From the NCBI GenBank assembly GCA_951406725.2, contig OX597820.1:25172001-25236000 (forward strand): DNA of 64,000 bases. Reading direction: 5' to 3'. The notes below the pieces were generated by a model, which saw only the letters and a list, made by a program, of their open reading frames with translations, had not been told where the DNA came from and did not search any database. The stretch is from Octopus vulgaris. Its lineage: Eukaryota. Of the stretch, positions 37,743 through 47,300 are shown piece by piece. How positions within the stretch are numbered: the first letter of the stretch is position 1; each line of letters begins with the position of its first letter. The translations under genes were made by a program, and so were the position numbers.

Positions 37743-39115
37743 CATATATATGATGGGCTTCTTTCAGTTTCTGTCTACCAAATCCACTCACAAGGCTTTA
37801 GTCGGCCCGAAGCTATAGTAGAAGACACTTGCCCAAGGTGCCACACAGTGGGACTGAACCCGGAACCATGTGGTTGGTAAACAAGCTACTTACCACACAG
37901 CCACTCCTGCGCCTATATGTAAATATGTAAAAAAACATTATCTGTAATTGTAAAAGCACAGGTATGGCTGTATGGTTATGATGGTTGCTGAGGGAGTCTC
38001 TCCAGGTTGTGCCACTACTTACTCGCATTGAGAAGTCACAGTTCCAATACTACAGAGAAGTGATTGGAATGTCACTGGGAAGAATTACAAAACGGATACT
38101 TCAAGCCGAGCCAACCAGCAGGTGACCGATACAAGGGGTGTTGGAAAGTTCCTTGCTTTGAGGGTATCACAAAAAAAGGTCTGGTTGGAGGCCAATCCTC
38201 CTGTATTTTCTTTTATCCAAAGCCAGGAACTTTTCAGTACACCTTCATATAGTCCTGAATGTAAAAAAGACAAAATTATTCATGCTGGATATCATTGATC
38301 ATGGGATTGCTCAACGGGGTAGGGAATGACTTGTGAATATAAACAACACCAACAACAATCATTTTACTTTCTCGTGATTTATTTATTTTCTTTATAGGGT
38401 TTCCATCCTACACCTTGCTCTACAATCTATTGAACTACCCTGTTGTGTCTATGCCTGTTACCAAGGTAACAGAAGAAGATGTAAAGAACACTTACAGTGT
38501 TAAAACATTGACTGAATACTTTGTGAAAAAGGTGGAATTAATTTTTATTTCATTATTTTTGTTTTGTTTTCTGTATGTTGTCTGTGGAACCATAGCATCC
38601 TTAATTATAGGATTCCAATGGACTAGTCACTGATTTACTGCATTTCCAGTGGTGAGAGTGACAAGGGAATGTTTGTGTAACTCAGTTGGAAGAAATCACA
38701 AGGTATTTTTGTTCAATATACACCAATTTTTAGGTTGTATATATGTGTGTGTGTATATATATAAATTAGTAAAAAACCACCTTTAATCAATTCAACAATG
38801 AAAAAATTAAATTATGTCATTTAGAAAAAATTACATCTTATAGAAAAATTAAATATAAGATAAAACATATACCAATGATTAAGTAATGTGCAAATAATAA
38901 ATAAAACGTATATATTTGGTAGAATAACTACACATGTTTCATGGGTATATTTAAGAAATGACAACAGTAAATTTATAATTTAATTTTTTCTTTGTTGAAT
39001 TGATAAAAGGTGGTTTTTGTCTAATTTATATATATATATGTATATAATATTTTGTGAAATTTGATTTAGGATTTCTAAATTGAATTTTTCCCTGTAAGTT
39101 TGGAATAACATTCCC

Positions 39116-39156
<41 letters not shown>

Positions 39157-41313
39157 GTATATATCATATATATATATATATATATATATATACGTGGTCT
39201 GATCAATAAGTATCCGGACTGTTGCATTGTATGGAATCGAATGCATGCAGAGTCAAGCTGTTAGGACAGATTGACCTTGAATTCTGCTGATATGCACACT
39301 GTTTTAACATTCTAGCTCACTTCTGCTGTTTACAGCAGTTCTTGGAAGGAAGGTGTGTAGCATGTGATCATCACATTGACCATGGCAGAGAAAGTTGAGC
39401 AGAGAATCTGCATCAAATTTTGCCAAAAGCTGGTAATACTGGCTCAAAGGATCACGGTTTTGATTCCCAGACCGGGCGTTGTGAGTGTTTATTGAGCTAA
39501 AACACCTAAAAGCTCCACGAGACTCCAGCAGGGGATGGTGATCCCTGCTGTACTCTTTCACCACTCTTTCTTCTGTTGGCCTGCTCGCTTAGCCAGCGGG
39601 GTGGCGTCATTCGAAGGCTAAAACAATGCGAACACATTGTGACCAGCAATGTGTAACTTCATCTGATGGACTGGTTGATCACATGATGTATTTATGTATG
39701 TATGTATGTATGTATTTATGTATGTATGTATATATTTATGTATTTATGTATGTATGTATGTATGTATGTATTTATGTATGTATGTATGTTTTTACGTATG
39801 TATGTATGTATTTACGTATGTATGTATTTATGTTTGTATGTATGTAGGTATGTGTGTATGTAGGTGCATAGGTATGTAGGTGTATGTATTTATCTCTGTA
39901 TTTGCGTGTATGTATTTATCTCTGTATGTATGTTTGTGAGTTCTTTTTTTTTTTTTTATAAATTACAGGATAATCACCCCTCTTCAAAGCAAGCAGAGTT
40001 GGTGACATGAAGGGCATTTAGTCATAGTAAACTTTGCTCCAATGTACTCTCATTTAACCCATGCAAACAGGAAAAAGCAGACATCAAAATGATGGTGATG
40101 AAAATTATCTTATTAAACCCTGAAAGGGTTAAATGCAAAGTTGACTACAGTTGGATTTGAACTCAGAACGTAAATCTGGTGCCTAACTGATTCAGCAAAT
40201 AGGAAAATTTGGAAAATACAACTAACATTACTGTGTAGTAAGAAGTTTACTTCCCAAACACATGGTTCTAGGTTCAGCACCCCTGCATGGCACTTTGGGC
40301 AAGTGTCTTCTGTGGTCTCAGGTCAACCAAAGCCTTGTGAGTGGATTTGGTAGAAGAAAACTGAAAGAAGCCCATCACACACACAGACACGTGTTTTCGC
40401 TCAATAAACACACACAACGCCCGGTCTGGGAATTGAAGCCATGATCCTCTGACCACGAGTCCGCTGCCCTAACCACTGGGCCATTGTGCCTCCACTGTTG
40501 TCATATAACTTAATGTATTCTCTGAATTATCGACCTTGTTTTTCATATATATTTACAGAATTAACTTCTACTCTAGATTTTGATCTTTTTTATCACTTGA
40601 TGATGATCAGACATAAATCTAGTCAAAACATTTTGTAAAAATAAATGTTGTAAATATACATTCTAAAGGTATGGTTAATATTATGTATACTGTTTATATT
40701 AGTGAGACTGGTGTCCTCATCTTGATTGCTGCTTTCACTACATCTCGGCTGTTATAAGCTCCAGCCTTCTTCAGGTGTTTTGTGTTGAACTTAGTTGTTG
40801 TATTGGAATATCAAACTTAACCTTTTATTTGATCCATGGAAGTACCTTGTTTTCATTCTGCTCTCTGCATTTCATGGCATTTCATACTTTTGTGAATTAC
40901 CTTAGTGCTTTGCCTTGAATTGAACTCAGAACTTCTAGAATTGTAAGTTTAAATAACCTGTGAAATTGCATAATCTTAATTCATTCTTATGTATTCGCAC
41001 AGTCACATTAAATTAATATCTATTTATTTTCTATAAGAAGATAAGTAAAGTTATACATCTTAAGCAGCTCAGACATGCACCAAGGTTTAAATTTATGCCA
41101 TTGTGAACTGCAGTTCAGTGAGGTTATCTTAAACTTTATTGACATGGACTCATTTATAAACATTCCATATATATGTTTTGTTTTTTGCAGTCAATTCCAG
41201 GCAGTGTTGGACTCCCAGTCAATGTCCAGGTTGTTGTTCCTACATATAAGGATGAGCTTGCATTACACATCATGAAAGAACTGGATAGTGAACTGAAGAA
41301 GAAAAGCAACTAG
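10188..41313 (+). CDS. FAAH: Fatty-acid amide hydrolase (FAAH/VDHAP-like amidase), copy 1; 17 coding exons, first coding exon disrupted as assembled
   Basis: Exons 2-17 (1527 nt, 508 aa + stop) splice in frame with GT-AG sites. They encode PLHGIPISLKEN (catalytic Lys), PAGSSGGE and [11 protein letters not shown] (Ser-Ser), GPMA, LRIGYY, LDALICP, YNLLNYP and GLPVNVQVV. Confidence 0.93.
11283..11396 (+). CDS. FAAH: FAAH copy 1 exon 2 (114 nt)
   Basis: ag|LTEEMRTRILSLDIAELQKKLKDRSLKAIDVLQAYQYK|gt; matches paralogue 58465-58578. Confidence 0.92.
11835..12165 (+). mobile_element. mariner deletion derivative
   Basis: TA + TTGGGTTGTCC terminus; MEDKKVHFRHLMLW fused to TRQKLLQLGWDVLPHPPYSPDIA. Confidence 0.8.
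13681..13737 (+). CDS. FAAH: FAAH copy 1 exon 3 (57 nt)
   Basis: cag|ALEAQEETNCLIAVIPEAE|gtaagt; matches paralogue 61094-61150. Confidence 0.92.
13797..14000 (-). mobile_element. 3' half of hammerhead-containing SINE (family F)
   Basis: Reverse complement of 17040-17204, plus an extra 3' tail. Confidence 0.8.
13876..13922 (-). ncRNA. Minimal type I hammerhead ribozyme motif (slightly decayed)
   Basis: Minus strand reads GACAC CUGAAGA A GGCU..AGCC GAAA UGUU GUGUU; core boxes and stems I and II are present. Confidence 0.55.
14001..16882 (-). mobile_element. 5'-truncated non-LTR retrotransposon, R4/Dong-like clade (RT, CCHC, restriction-like endonuclease)
   Basis: NYRPITCL, EQKG, WIDYKKAFDS, GIFQGDTLSP, HLLYMDDLK, CRICGDRQETINHIISSC, RHD, RPDIVV, KLSKY; one frameshift at the T-run near 14385; stop at 14104; (TAA)n at both junctions. 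Confidence 0.92.
16962..17202 (+). mobile_element. tRNA-headed SINE family F with internal (TAA)n and hammerhead-like 3' domain
   Basis: A-box-like TGGCGTAGGGA (16970), B-box-like AGTTTAATTCC (17014), TAA tract, then GACAC-CTGAAGA-A-GGCTG..CAGCT-GAAA. Confidence 0.75.
17114..17159 (+). ncRNA. Minimal type I hammerhead ribozyme motif (CpG-decayed)
   Basis: GACAC CUGAAGA A GGCUG gaggguauau CAGCU GAAA CAUU GUGUU. Confidence 0.5.
17537..17626 (+). CDS. FAAH: FAAH copy 1 exon 4 (90 nt, catalytic Lys)
   Basis: cag|ELALKCDSLPSVIKPLHGIPISLKENIIYK|gt. Confidence 0.93.
18293..18367 (+). CDS. FAAH: FAAH copy 1 exon 5 (75 nt)
   Basis: tag|GLYSTNGLGSKLLNPPSAHDSNLVK|gtatgt. Confidence 0.88.
18718..19123. 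mobile_element. MITE-like foldback element
   Basis: Inverted arms CACGTG..TTTACATTTGAAGAAGATC (about 18744-18800) and GATCTTCTTCAG..TGTAAA..CACGTG (about 19000-19057); GTCCC/GGGAC ends. Confidence 0.55.
20310..20702 (-). mobile_element. Non-autonomous Helitron
   Basis: Minus strand A|TC start, 3' hairpin CCCGAGCAACACCGGG, CTAG|T end; second copy at 54124-54570, fragment at 19730-19856. Confidence 0.8.
21114..21450 (+). mobile_element. tRNA-derived SINE family D (other copies about 50350-50675 and 59745-59945, minus)
   Basis: TGGCTCAGTGG A box and GAGTTCAAATCC B box; body repeated elsewhere in the window. Confidence 0.75.
21532..21593 (+). CDS. FAAH: FAAH copy 1 exon 6 (62 nt)
   Basis: cag|CLKELGAVPFVTTNVPQTLM(S)|gtgagc. 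Confidence 0.93.
22295..23422 (-). mobile_element. Tc1-like transposon remnant
   Basis: MAPKGKELSKDLKKIIVHLHKNG and KHGVKSVMLWGC...FQHDNDPKH; direct-repeat motif GGGTGTACATA at about 23211 and 23393; multiple stops. Confidence 0.85.
23530..23736 (+). CDS. FAAH: FAAH copy 1 exon 7 (207 nt, amidase signature)
   Basis: [64 protein letters not shown]; cag acceptor, gtaagt donor. Confidence 0.96.
23840..24205 (+). mobile_element. SINE family A, degenerate
   Basis: Aligns with 7651-8058. Confidence 0.7.
24532..24572 (+). CDS. FAAH: FAAH copy 1 exon 8 (41 nt)
   Basis: tag|(G)TGSLSIAAEKQDL|gtaaga; phases 2/1 fit the neighbouring exons. Confidence 0.85.
24890..25235 (-). mobile_element. RTE-type LINE 3' fragment
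   Basis: KRPLGRPPVRWEDDLRK C-terminal motif. Confidence 0.7.
25575..25699 (+). CDS. FAAH: FAAH copy 1 exon 9 (125 nt)
   Basis: cag|HPSIGPMAQTADGLIIAAKALFSKNVFEMDPRIAPIEFQNH|gtaagg. Confidence 0.93.
26935..27130 (-). mobile_element. SINE family C (other copies about 28285-28490, 28735-28920, 57800-58010, 63540-63880)
   Basis: Reverse complement of the 56777-57010 type. Confidence 0.7.
27213..27338 (+). CDS. FAAH: FAAH copy 1 exon 10 (126 nt)
   Basis: cag|LFEGKKNLRIGYYVTDNTVSSIPACRRAVLMAKKALEAKGHT|gtaaga. Confidence 0.93.
27390..27775 (-). mobile_element. Old R4/Dong-like LINE 3' fragment
   Basis: KLSKYKVLEIEIQKMCHLKAKTAPLIMGALCMIKK is homologous to 14104-14343; ends at a (TAA)n tract. Confidence 0.75.
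28504..28725. mobile_element. piggyBac-like MITE
   Basis: TTAA|CCCTTTTGCTAC...GTAACAAAAGGG|TTAA; similar element at about 30475-30694. Confidence 0.75.
29225..29316 (+). CDS. FAAH: FAAH copy 1 exon 11 (92 nt)
   Basis: cag|VVEFTPPRILYALCLASRILWLDGRRLSNM|gtaagt. Confidence 0.88.
29625..30090. repeat. GC-rich minisatellite (26-bp unit, about 20-bp variants) following an RTE 3' fragment
   Basis: GTGCTGGTGACATGTGCAGGGCACCC repeated head to tail. Confidence 0.9.
30368..30455 (+). CDS. FAAH: FAAH copy 1 exon 12 (88 nt)
   Basis: cag|KHEPPSKELFFLRITENFAKILASLLYFI|gtaagt; phase-compatible. Confidence 0.82.
31100..32480 (+). mobile_element. Ty3/Gypsy pol fragment (RNase H end, integrase), degenerate
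   Basis: GHADCLPRL, GHLGMPRMKALMSSCVYW..CSGC zinc-binding motif, PWSRVHINYAGP, YHLRSNMQVERFV; frameshifts. Confidence 0.88.
32748..32989. mobile_element. hAT (Charlie-like) MITE
   Basis: CAGTGTTACTCAAA / TTTGAGAACCATTG TIRs; 8-bp TSD CACTAGAG/CATTAGAG. Confidence 0.75.
33182..33225 (+). CDS. FAAH: FAAH copy 1 exon 13 (44 nt)
   Basis: Long polypyrimidine tract, cag|DNTSYQILCSLDGS|gtgagt; phase-compatible. Confidence 0.8.
33891..34230 (+). mobile_element. SINE family A
   Basis: Aligns with 7651-8058. Confidence 0.75.
34551..34624. repeat. (CT)n microsatellite next to the exon 14 acceptor
   Basis: Seen directly. Confidence 0.95.
34656..34695 (+). CDS. FAAH: FAAH copy 1 exon 14 (40 nt)
   Basis: cag|KYRQIYSLVAEKE|gtaagt; phase-compatible. 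Confidence 0.83.
36285..36585 (-). mobile_element. mariner 3' fragment
   Basis: Minus strand QPCSPNIAPCDF*LFP ... YNKYIEVRRSYFKGD*. Confidence 0.7.
36620..36785. repeat. 24-bp tandem repeat, about 7 copies
   Basis: TGTGACAAGCAGCATTTGGTAGGC units. Confidence 0.9.
37315..37423 (+). CDS. FAAH: FAAH copy 1 exon 15 (109 nt)
   Basis: cag|KYDKEFADAMQKDKLDALICPVMSSTSLLIKCSNFG|gtaagt. Confidence 0.9.
37497..37913 (-). mobile_element. SINE family A, full length
   Basis: Reverse complement of the 7651-8058 type. Confidence 0.85.
38398..38531 (+). CDS. FAAH: FAAH copy 1 exon 16 (134 nt)
   Basis: tag|FPSYTLLYNLLNYPVVSMPVTKVTEEDVKNTYSVKTLTEYFVKK|gtggaa. Confidence 0.9.
38760..39030. repeat. Foldback element between (TA)n tracts
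   Basis: About 55-bp inverted arms AAATTAGTAAAAAACCACCTTTAATCAATTCAACAA and its reverse complement. Confidence 0.7.
39193..39435 (+). mobile_element. mariner 5' fragment
   Basis: TA|CGTGGTCTGATCAATAAGT terminus; MAEKVEQRICIKFCQKL. Confidence 0.7.
39445..39690 (+). mobile_element. SINE family E (related sequence at about 40388-40495, 60060-60256 and 62503-62612)
   Basis: Shared TTCCCAGACCGGGCGTTGTGAGTGTTTATTGAG segment. Confidence 0.65.
39688..39935. repeat. (TATG)n microsatellite
   Basis: Seen directly. Confidence 0.95.
41191..41313 (+). CDS. FAAH: FAAH copy 1 terminal coding exon 17
   Basis: cag|SIPGSVGLPVNVQVVVPTYKDELALHIMKELDSELKKKSN*. Confidence 0.92.
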   Translation, partial: SIPGSVGLPVNVQVVVPTYKDELALHIMKELDSELKKKSN

Positions 41314-41816
41314 CGTGTATATCCACCCTTACTTCATCAAATTCCAGTGATATATGATGACTGGTATCACATTGATTCCACTTTAGAAGAAGGTTGATAT
41401 TGTGTTGCAGGACCTTGGTTTTCTTTATAAAGAATAATGGCATTTAACTCCTATTGCTTGTTTAAGATGGTTAGCATCTGTCCTTTATTATGTCTTGTTC
41501 ATATTTGCAATGTAGAACTTTAAAATCACTATTTCTCCTCGTATGGACCTAAATTTATTGTCATGAAACTTGACAGGAATTAAAATATCATTTGCCTCTA
41601 ACATATTGCAAGAAAATCAAAAAAAACGATCCTTAGTAATACAATACTGATTATTATAATATCAGTATTATAGCCCATCTACCACCTACACCCCATTCAT
41701 CTCATATTCTACTCATGTATCTCCCAATAATATAACACAATCTACACTGCTACATATTCTACACAATCAACACCTGACATTAAAACACATCACACGACAC
41801 AAATATATGATACAGT

Positions 41817-42780
41817 TGTAGCGGACACTCTCTCTGTTATATATACATAAGTACGGATGTAATAGATAACAGCTAGTCTTCAGCCGCCCTTTTGGACCCT
41901 GTTGTGTCCACTACTCTGATTGGTTGGTATTGGTGCATTTTGTCTCTTGCTCTGTTACACGCCACTATGCAAGCCAAACAATCGCAGCCTTCTGATAAGG
42001 TTAGGTGAGACAATCTCTTCCAAACATTTCAGTGAGCCGATAGTACACTACAAAACGGTAGCTTCAACACCATCTGGATGTCAGTCGGTTCCAGACCCTT
42101 TTAGGTCTAGCCACTGACCACACAGGACACAGCCAGTTCCAGCGACAACAGACCACAGCAGCCACATGGAGACTTATCAATACTTGACCAACAGCATACG
42201 GCAATCTCTTTCATCGCCTCCGTCATCTTAACATCATCAACATCTCTCTATGTACACAGCAACCAGCAACCCACGTACAGGTTTTATCTTAACACTGTTC
42301 ATGAATTACTTCACCATGGCTAACAGCAAGTACAACCAGCGAGAACTCCTGTAACAAATCAACCGGCTCTGCATAGTAGCCACAGCTTTCCGCACGACAT
42401 GTGCCTCAATCAGTTCTGCATTGCAGCCTCAACTTCTTGTTACAGCACTTCATCTATCATGTACCTTGACTACGAACTGGTATTTATCTTCCTTGTGTCT
42501 GAACATTCTTCTAGCGTCCTATTATAGACTCTTTCAAAACTCTGTACTTAATGCTCACACATATACATTATGTATACGCACATACACATTATGTATACAT
42601 GATGGCCTGTCTATATGATGCACACACATATTAACCTATCAATAAACTCTTCTCTTAACATTCTACCGGTTGTGTCTCTCTTTTCCTTCTGGCACTTGTA
42701 CTCATTCATACTTTTCGTATTTATTGTAATCGACCGTCCAATGTATTAAAGGAGCCATTCATCATCACCTCTCCTTCACA
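41817..42780 (+). mobile_element. Solo LTR
   Basis: TGTA...CACA termini, 4-bp TSD CAGT (41813-41816, 42781-42784), AATAAA at 42641, homology to 45608-46595. Confidence 0.8.
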
Positions 42781-44339
42781 CAGTCATTCTACACAGTCAC
42801 CACACAATACACAAAGCACATAGCAACTCACACACCACAAATATGTAATACAGGCACCACACAACACCCAAAGCACATAGCGCGACTCACACAGAGCAAA
42901 TACGTGATACAGTCACTACGCAACTCCCAAAGCACATACTCTACACAACACAGATGAACAATCAAAGTATCATCTGAAGGAACCTAACAAACCCGTTAAG
43001 TAGAAATCATGCTAAGCGTGACACTGTAGCTCAACACAGGTCTCTGGTTCCCTTTCAAACAGTTCCATCCATGCCAGGATAGAAAGTGGACGTTAAATAA
43101 TGATGATTCCAATAAGTCACAATTCTAAAACAACAAAAGACAATGTTGTATGCACTTCAGTAAGACACAAGTGCATCTGGTGGTGCAGTAGAAACTCAGA
43201 GAAAGATACTGAGAATATGATAAAATATAATAATTATATTAATAAATATGAATAAGAATTTATTTTAGCATTTAGCTTCTTGATATTCATTACAGTTCAT
43301 TCCGGATATCATTACATCAAATATTTTCATCTGAAATGTTGTCTGAAAATAAAATGCTACTGTAAGGAGAGTTAGTGTAATGTTAGTAATTTATAAAGCA
43401 AAAACCAAATTTGAAATATGAAAGTAGCATTTGCATAGAGTAGTGTGTGATTCTTAAAAACGGTCTCCATCACAAGAATTAAGTTAGCTGTATTATTTAG
43501 CTAGCAATATTTTAAAAATTCACAAATTGTACTTGAAGATAATACAAGCAAATCATCTCCATATAAGAAAAGAATGAGATCTCTCTTAAATATCAACAAC
43601 AGTTTAATTAATGGTATCACACATTTTGTAGGTAGCTGGGTGACTATACCATTCATACATTACTTCAGGCAGCTTACCATGCCATCTTCTCATGTATTAT
43701 AAATTGTGTCTATTAATTTATTAATACTATTTCTTTTCCACTTTGGTCACATGGCACTAGCAGGGGAGTTTATTCTACTAATGGCAGAAATTTGTGCTTA
43801 TAATGTCTAATATTACTTCCATTAAATCTTAAAAGTTAATTGCAATATATTTATTTCATTAAGAAATATTGTTAGACACATATTTGATTCTGAGGGGAGA
43901 GTAATGGAAAGGGCAGCTTCTTTTATTCAAAAAGACTCTCAAAAATGATAGAGAGATTGCGAGAAAGATAAAAGATCTGTTGCAACCATGCTGTTGTAGG
44001 ATAATATCTACAAAAGATCATTGCATTTCTTTCTATATATACGTTTTCAGATCACACCTCTGCTAATCCCTATTAGCATAGACCATCACAGACAAGGATG
44101 TTTATGCTTTGGATGTCACATGACCACAAATTTAAAAGTTAACATTTGTTTCGACAGTGACAAAACTGTCAACAAGAATGTTGTACTAAAAGCTGGGAAC
44201 TGATACTTCTCTGAGTCCTGTGTAATTTTTACTCTGTAAAAATTAAAAGATTTATTCAATCAACTAAATGCATTCATGTTTTAAACAAGATTGGTTTATT
44301 GTTAACATTTCCATCACTCAATAGCAGAGTACCTATGAC

Positions 44340-44509
44340 CAGGGCTGTCTTAGCAACATTATAGGCTGCAGGAGAAATCAATGCACTGGGCCCTATAGTT
44401 ATGTGTTCATTGACAGAAAGCAGCAGCATACATACATTAGAACTGGCTCCCTAGACCTGTGAGAACTCTGTGCAACTGCTCAGAGTGCTCATGCTTTAAG
44501 ACACTACTG
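44340..44509. mobile_element. hAT-like MITE
   Basis: CAGGGCTGTCTTA / TAAGACACTACTG; degenerate 8-bp TSD CCTATGAC/CTTATGGC. Confidence 0.55.
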
Positions 44510-45607
44510 CTTATGGCTTTCACTGTGTATTAACTTAAGGTTTAAAAAAAATTCTACATTCTAGGCCACTTTGAATGATCTGCTTGCAACATTTGATTTA
44601 CAGGGATACAGACGGAGAAGGATATTTTTTCTTAGGTTTCCTAAGTTTAGATCGATACCAAATTAAATTGGATTACAGTCATAGGATTCAAATCACACAC
44701 AAGACCTATAAAGTAAGGATTCAGCTGAGACCTAGAGAGTAAAGAGGCTCTACAAAAACGTAATTGCGTCAGGTAATTAAATAGGTCTAAAAAATACTTT
44801 CATGTAAAGCTTTAATGAACTGAATAATTAAGTTGTGGTCTTATCAGCCCTATTCAGTTAGAAGTAATCCAAAGAATTACAGTGAAACCACAATACAGGA
44901 AAATATTTAAAATAACATAAAAAGACTTTTATCTTTTTACAATATTATTCAAATATATTATTTTTACAATGAAAAGCATATAATTTAGATTTCTTTTTTT
45001 AAATCTTGTCGAGAATTAAAAGAATATTAATATTACCTTTTAAATGATATTATATTGTCTTTATTTGTAAAATTTTATAATAAAACCAATGGACTGATTT
45101 TAATCTTCCTTTGTATTCATTTTAAGAACTCAATAAACTTGTGTACAGCAATACTGTCTTACTTCTCATTATTTCAGTTGGTAAAATTTTCAGATTTTTA
45201 TATATTGTGAAATTACAATTTGTCCAGTGAAATCAGACTGCAGCCTTCCAGTTTGCCAGCCTTGGTCAAACTATCCAATACATGCCAGCATGGACAACAT
45301 GTTAAATAATGATGATGATGAATATGGTGTTTACATGTTGTTCAAAGTTATAGTTCACTGACTTTAGGAAACATAGTGCAGAGAACAGTCACTGGTATCA
45401 TGATTAGCTAGTGAGCTTGTTAAAAGATCTCCATCAGAAAAAAACAAACTGGCTCCTTAAGAGAATCAACCAAGTGGAACAGTTGATGACCATTAAGCAA
45501 AAATTAATGACAGTCCCTATAGGCGTAGGAGTGGCTGTGTGGTAAGTAGCTTGCTTACGAACTGCATTATTCTGGGTTCAGTCTCACTGCATGGCACCTT
45601 GCGCAAG

Positions 45608-46595
45608 TGGTTGAGCTGTGTACGTAGAGATGTTGATGTCATTAAGAAGAAGATGGTGGCAACGAAGAAAGAGATTGCCATAATGCTGGACAGGTGTTAT
45701 CGTCTGGCTCACAGGTTGTGTCTTTGCTGTGAAATAATTCACGAACAGTACTATGTTGAAACTGGAGGGTCTGGCTTTGTCGCTGAAACTGGCTGTCTTA
45801 TGTGGTCAATGGCTATACCTTAGAAGGTCTGGAACCAAAGACTTTGAGACGAGAAATAGCTGGGTTTTTATAAAGAGCTATAGGCTCAAACTGAGTTAAG
45901 AACAGGCCGTCTCACGTGATCTTATTTAGAGCACCGATTGGTTATACACTGCAGGTTGGCACGACAGAGTAAGAGACAAATTGTGCCAGCACCAACCAAT
46001 CAGAGTAGTGAATACAATGGGGTCCAAATAGCAGTCAAGGGCTAGCTGTTATCCGCTACGTTTGAATGTATGTATATATAACAAAGGAGAGAGGAATTTC
46101 ACTCAAGTGTACACTACAGACAGCCCCTCAGAAGTCATTTTGTGGGAGACAAAATAGACGATAAAAGGAAGATATTTCTGTAGCGAAAAGGTGAAATTAG
46201 AAAGAACATTTGTTCATTAAAGTAAAATGAAAGCTGGCACTGAAGTATGAAATAGAATGTGTGTTCTAAGTCGGGTCACCTTAAAGATTGTGGACCATGG
46301 TACGTGTTCTACGTTGGGTCACCATTTTTAGAAGGACGTTGTGGAGCGTGTTCTATGTCGGGGTCACCATTTTTAGATGCTCGTTGTCTCACGTGATCTT
46401 ATTTAGGAGCATCGATTGGTTTATACGCTAAAGATTGGCGTGACAGTAAGAGACAAATTGCACCAATACCAACCAATCAGAGTAGTGGACACAAAGGGGT
46501 CCAAATCACGGCCAAAGGCTAGTTGTTATCTGCTATGTTCAAATGTGTATATATATAATAAAGCGGAGATGAATTTCACTCAAGTGTACACTACA
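45608..46595 (-). mobile_element. LTR element remnant: two partial LTRs with short internal segment
   Basis: 210-bp direct repeats 45909-46118 and 46386-46595 starting TGTAGTG on minus; GAGGGG purine tract just before the 46118 copy; same family as the solo LTR at 41817. Confidence 0.75.
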
Positions 46596-46835
46596 ATATA
46601 TACATATATATATATATAATATGATATAATATAATGTAATACACACACACACATACATACATACAATTGGCTTCTTTCAATTACTGACAAGTCTTTGGTT
46701 GACCCTAAGCTATAGTAGAAGATACTTCCCCAAGGGGTCACATGATGGGACTGAACTCAGAAATATGTGGTTGAGAAGCAATCTTCTAACTACACGGCCA
46801 TGCCCATGTATATCTATATGTATATAAGTATATAC

Positions 46836-47264
46836 TTAAATTGGTCAAACTAATGGAAACACCTTAAAATTTCAAACAAATTTATTTTAATATGTGGTAG
46901 GACTGCCTTTCGCAGTAATTACAGCTTGAATTCTACGAGGAAGTTTGAATTGTTTCCAAAGGAATTTTTATCCATTCTTCTTCTTGATGCACCAAATATT
47001 TCGGCTGTTTTCATTATGCTAGCGCCTGCCATACAAGCACCAACAATTTGACCTCTTTGAAAGTTTGAAAGATCTATCATTTTAATTACCTTTCTCTGAT
47101 GATATCTGAAAAGAGACAGCAATTTTAGCAAAACAAATTAAGCAACACTAATCATAAATAAAAAAAACATAAAAATAAACAAACTTTTGATGGTTTTACA
47201 GATATTTCAAAATTATGATGCTATGATGATGCTAGGTGTTTCCATTATTTTGTCCAACCCCTGT
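46836..47264 (-). mobile_element. Tc1 deletion derivative with both TIRs
   Basis: TTGGTCAAACTAATGGAAACACC / GGTGTTTCCATTATTTTGTCCAACCCCTG; MIDLSNFQRGQIVGACMAGAS. Confidence 0.8.
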
Positions 47265-47300
47265 ATGTATATATTTTTTTTAAAAATGAATAAGAACTAG

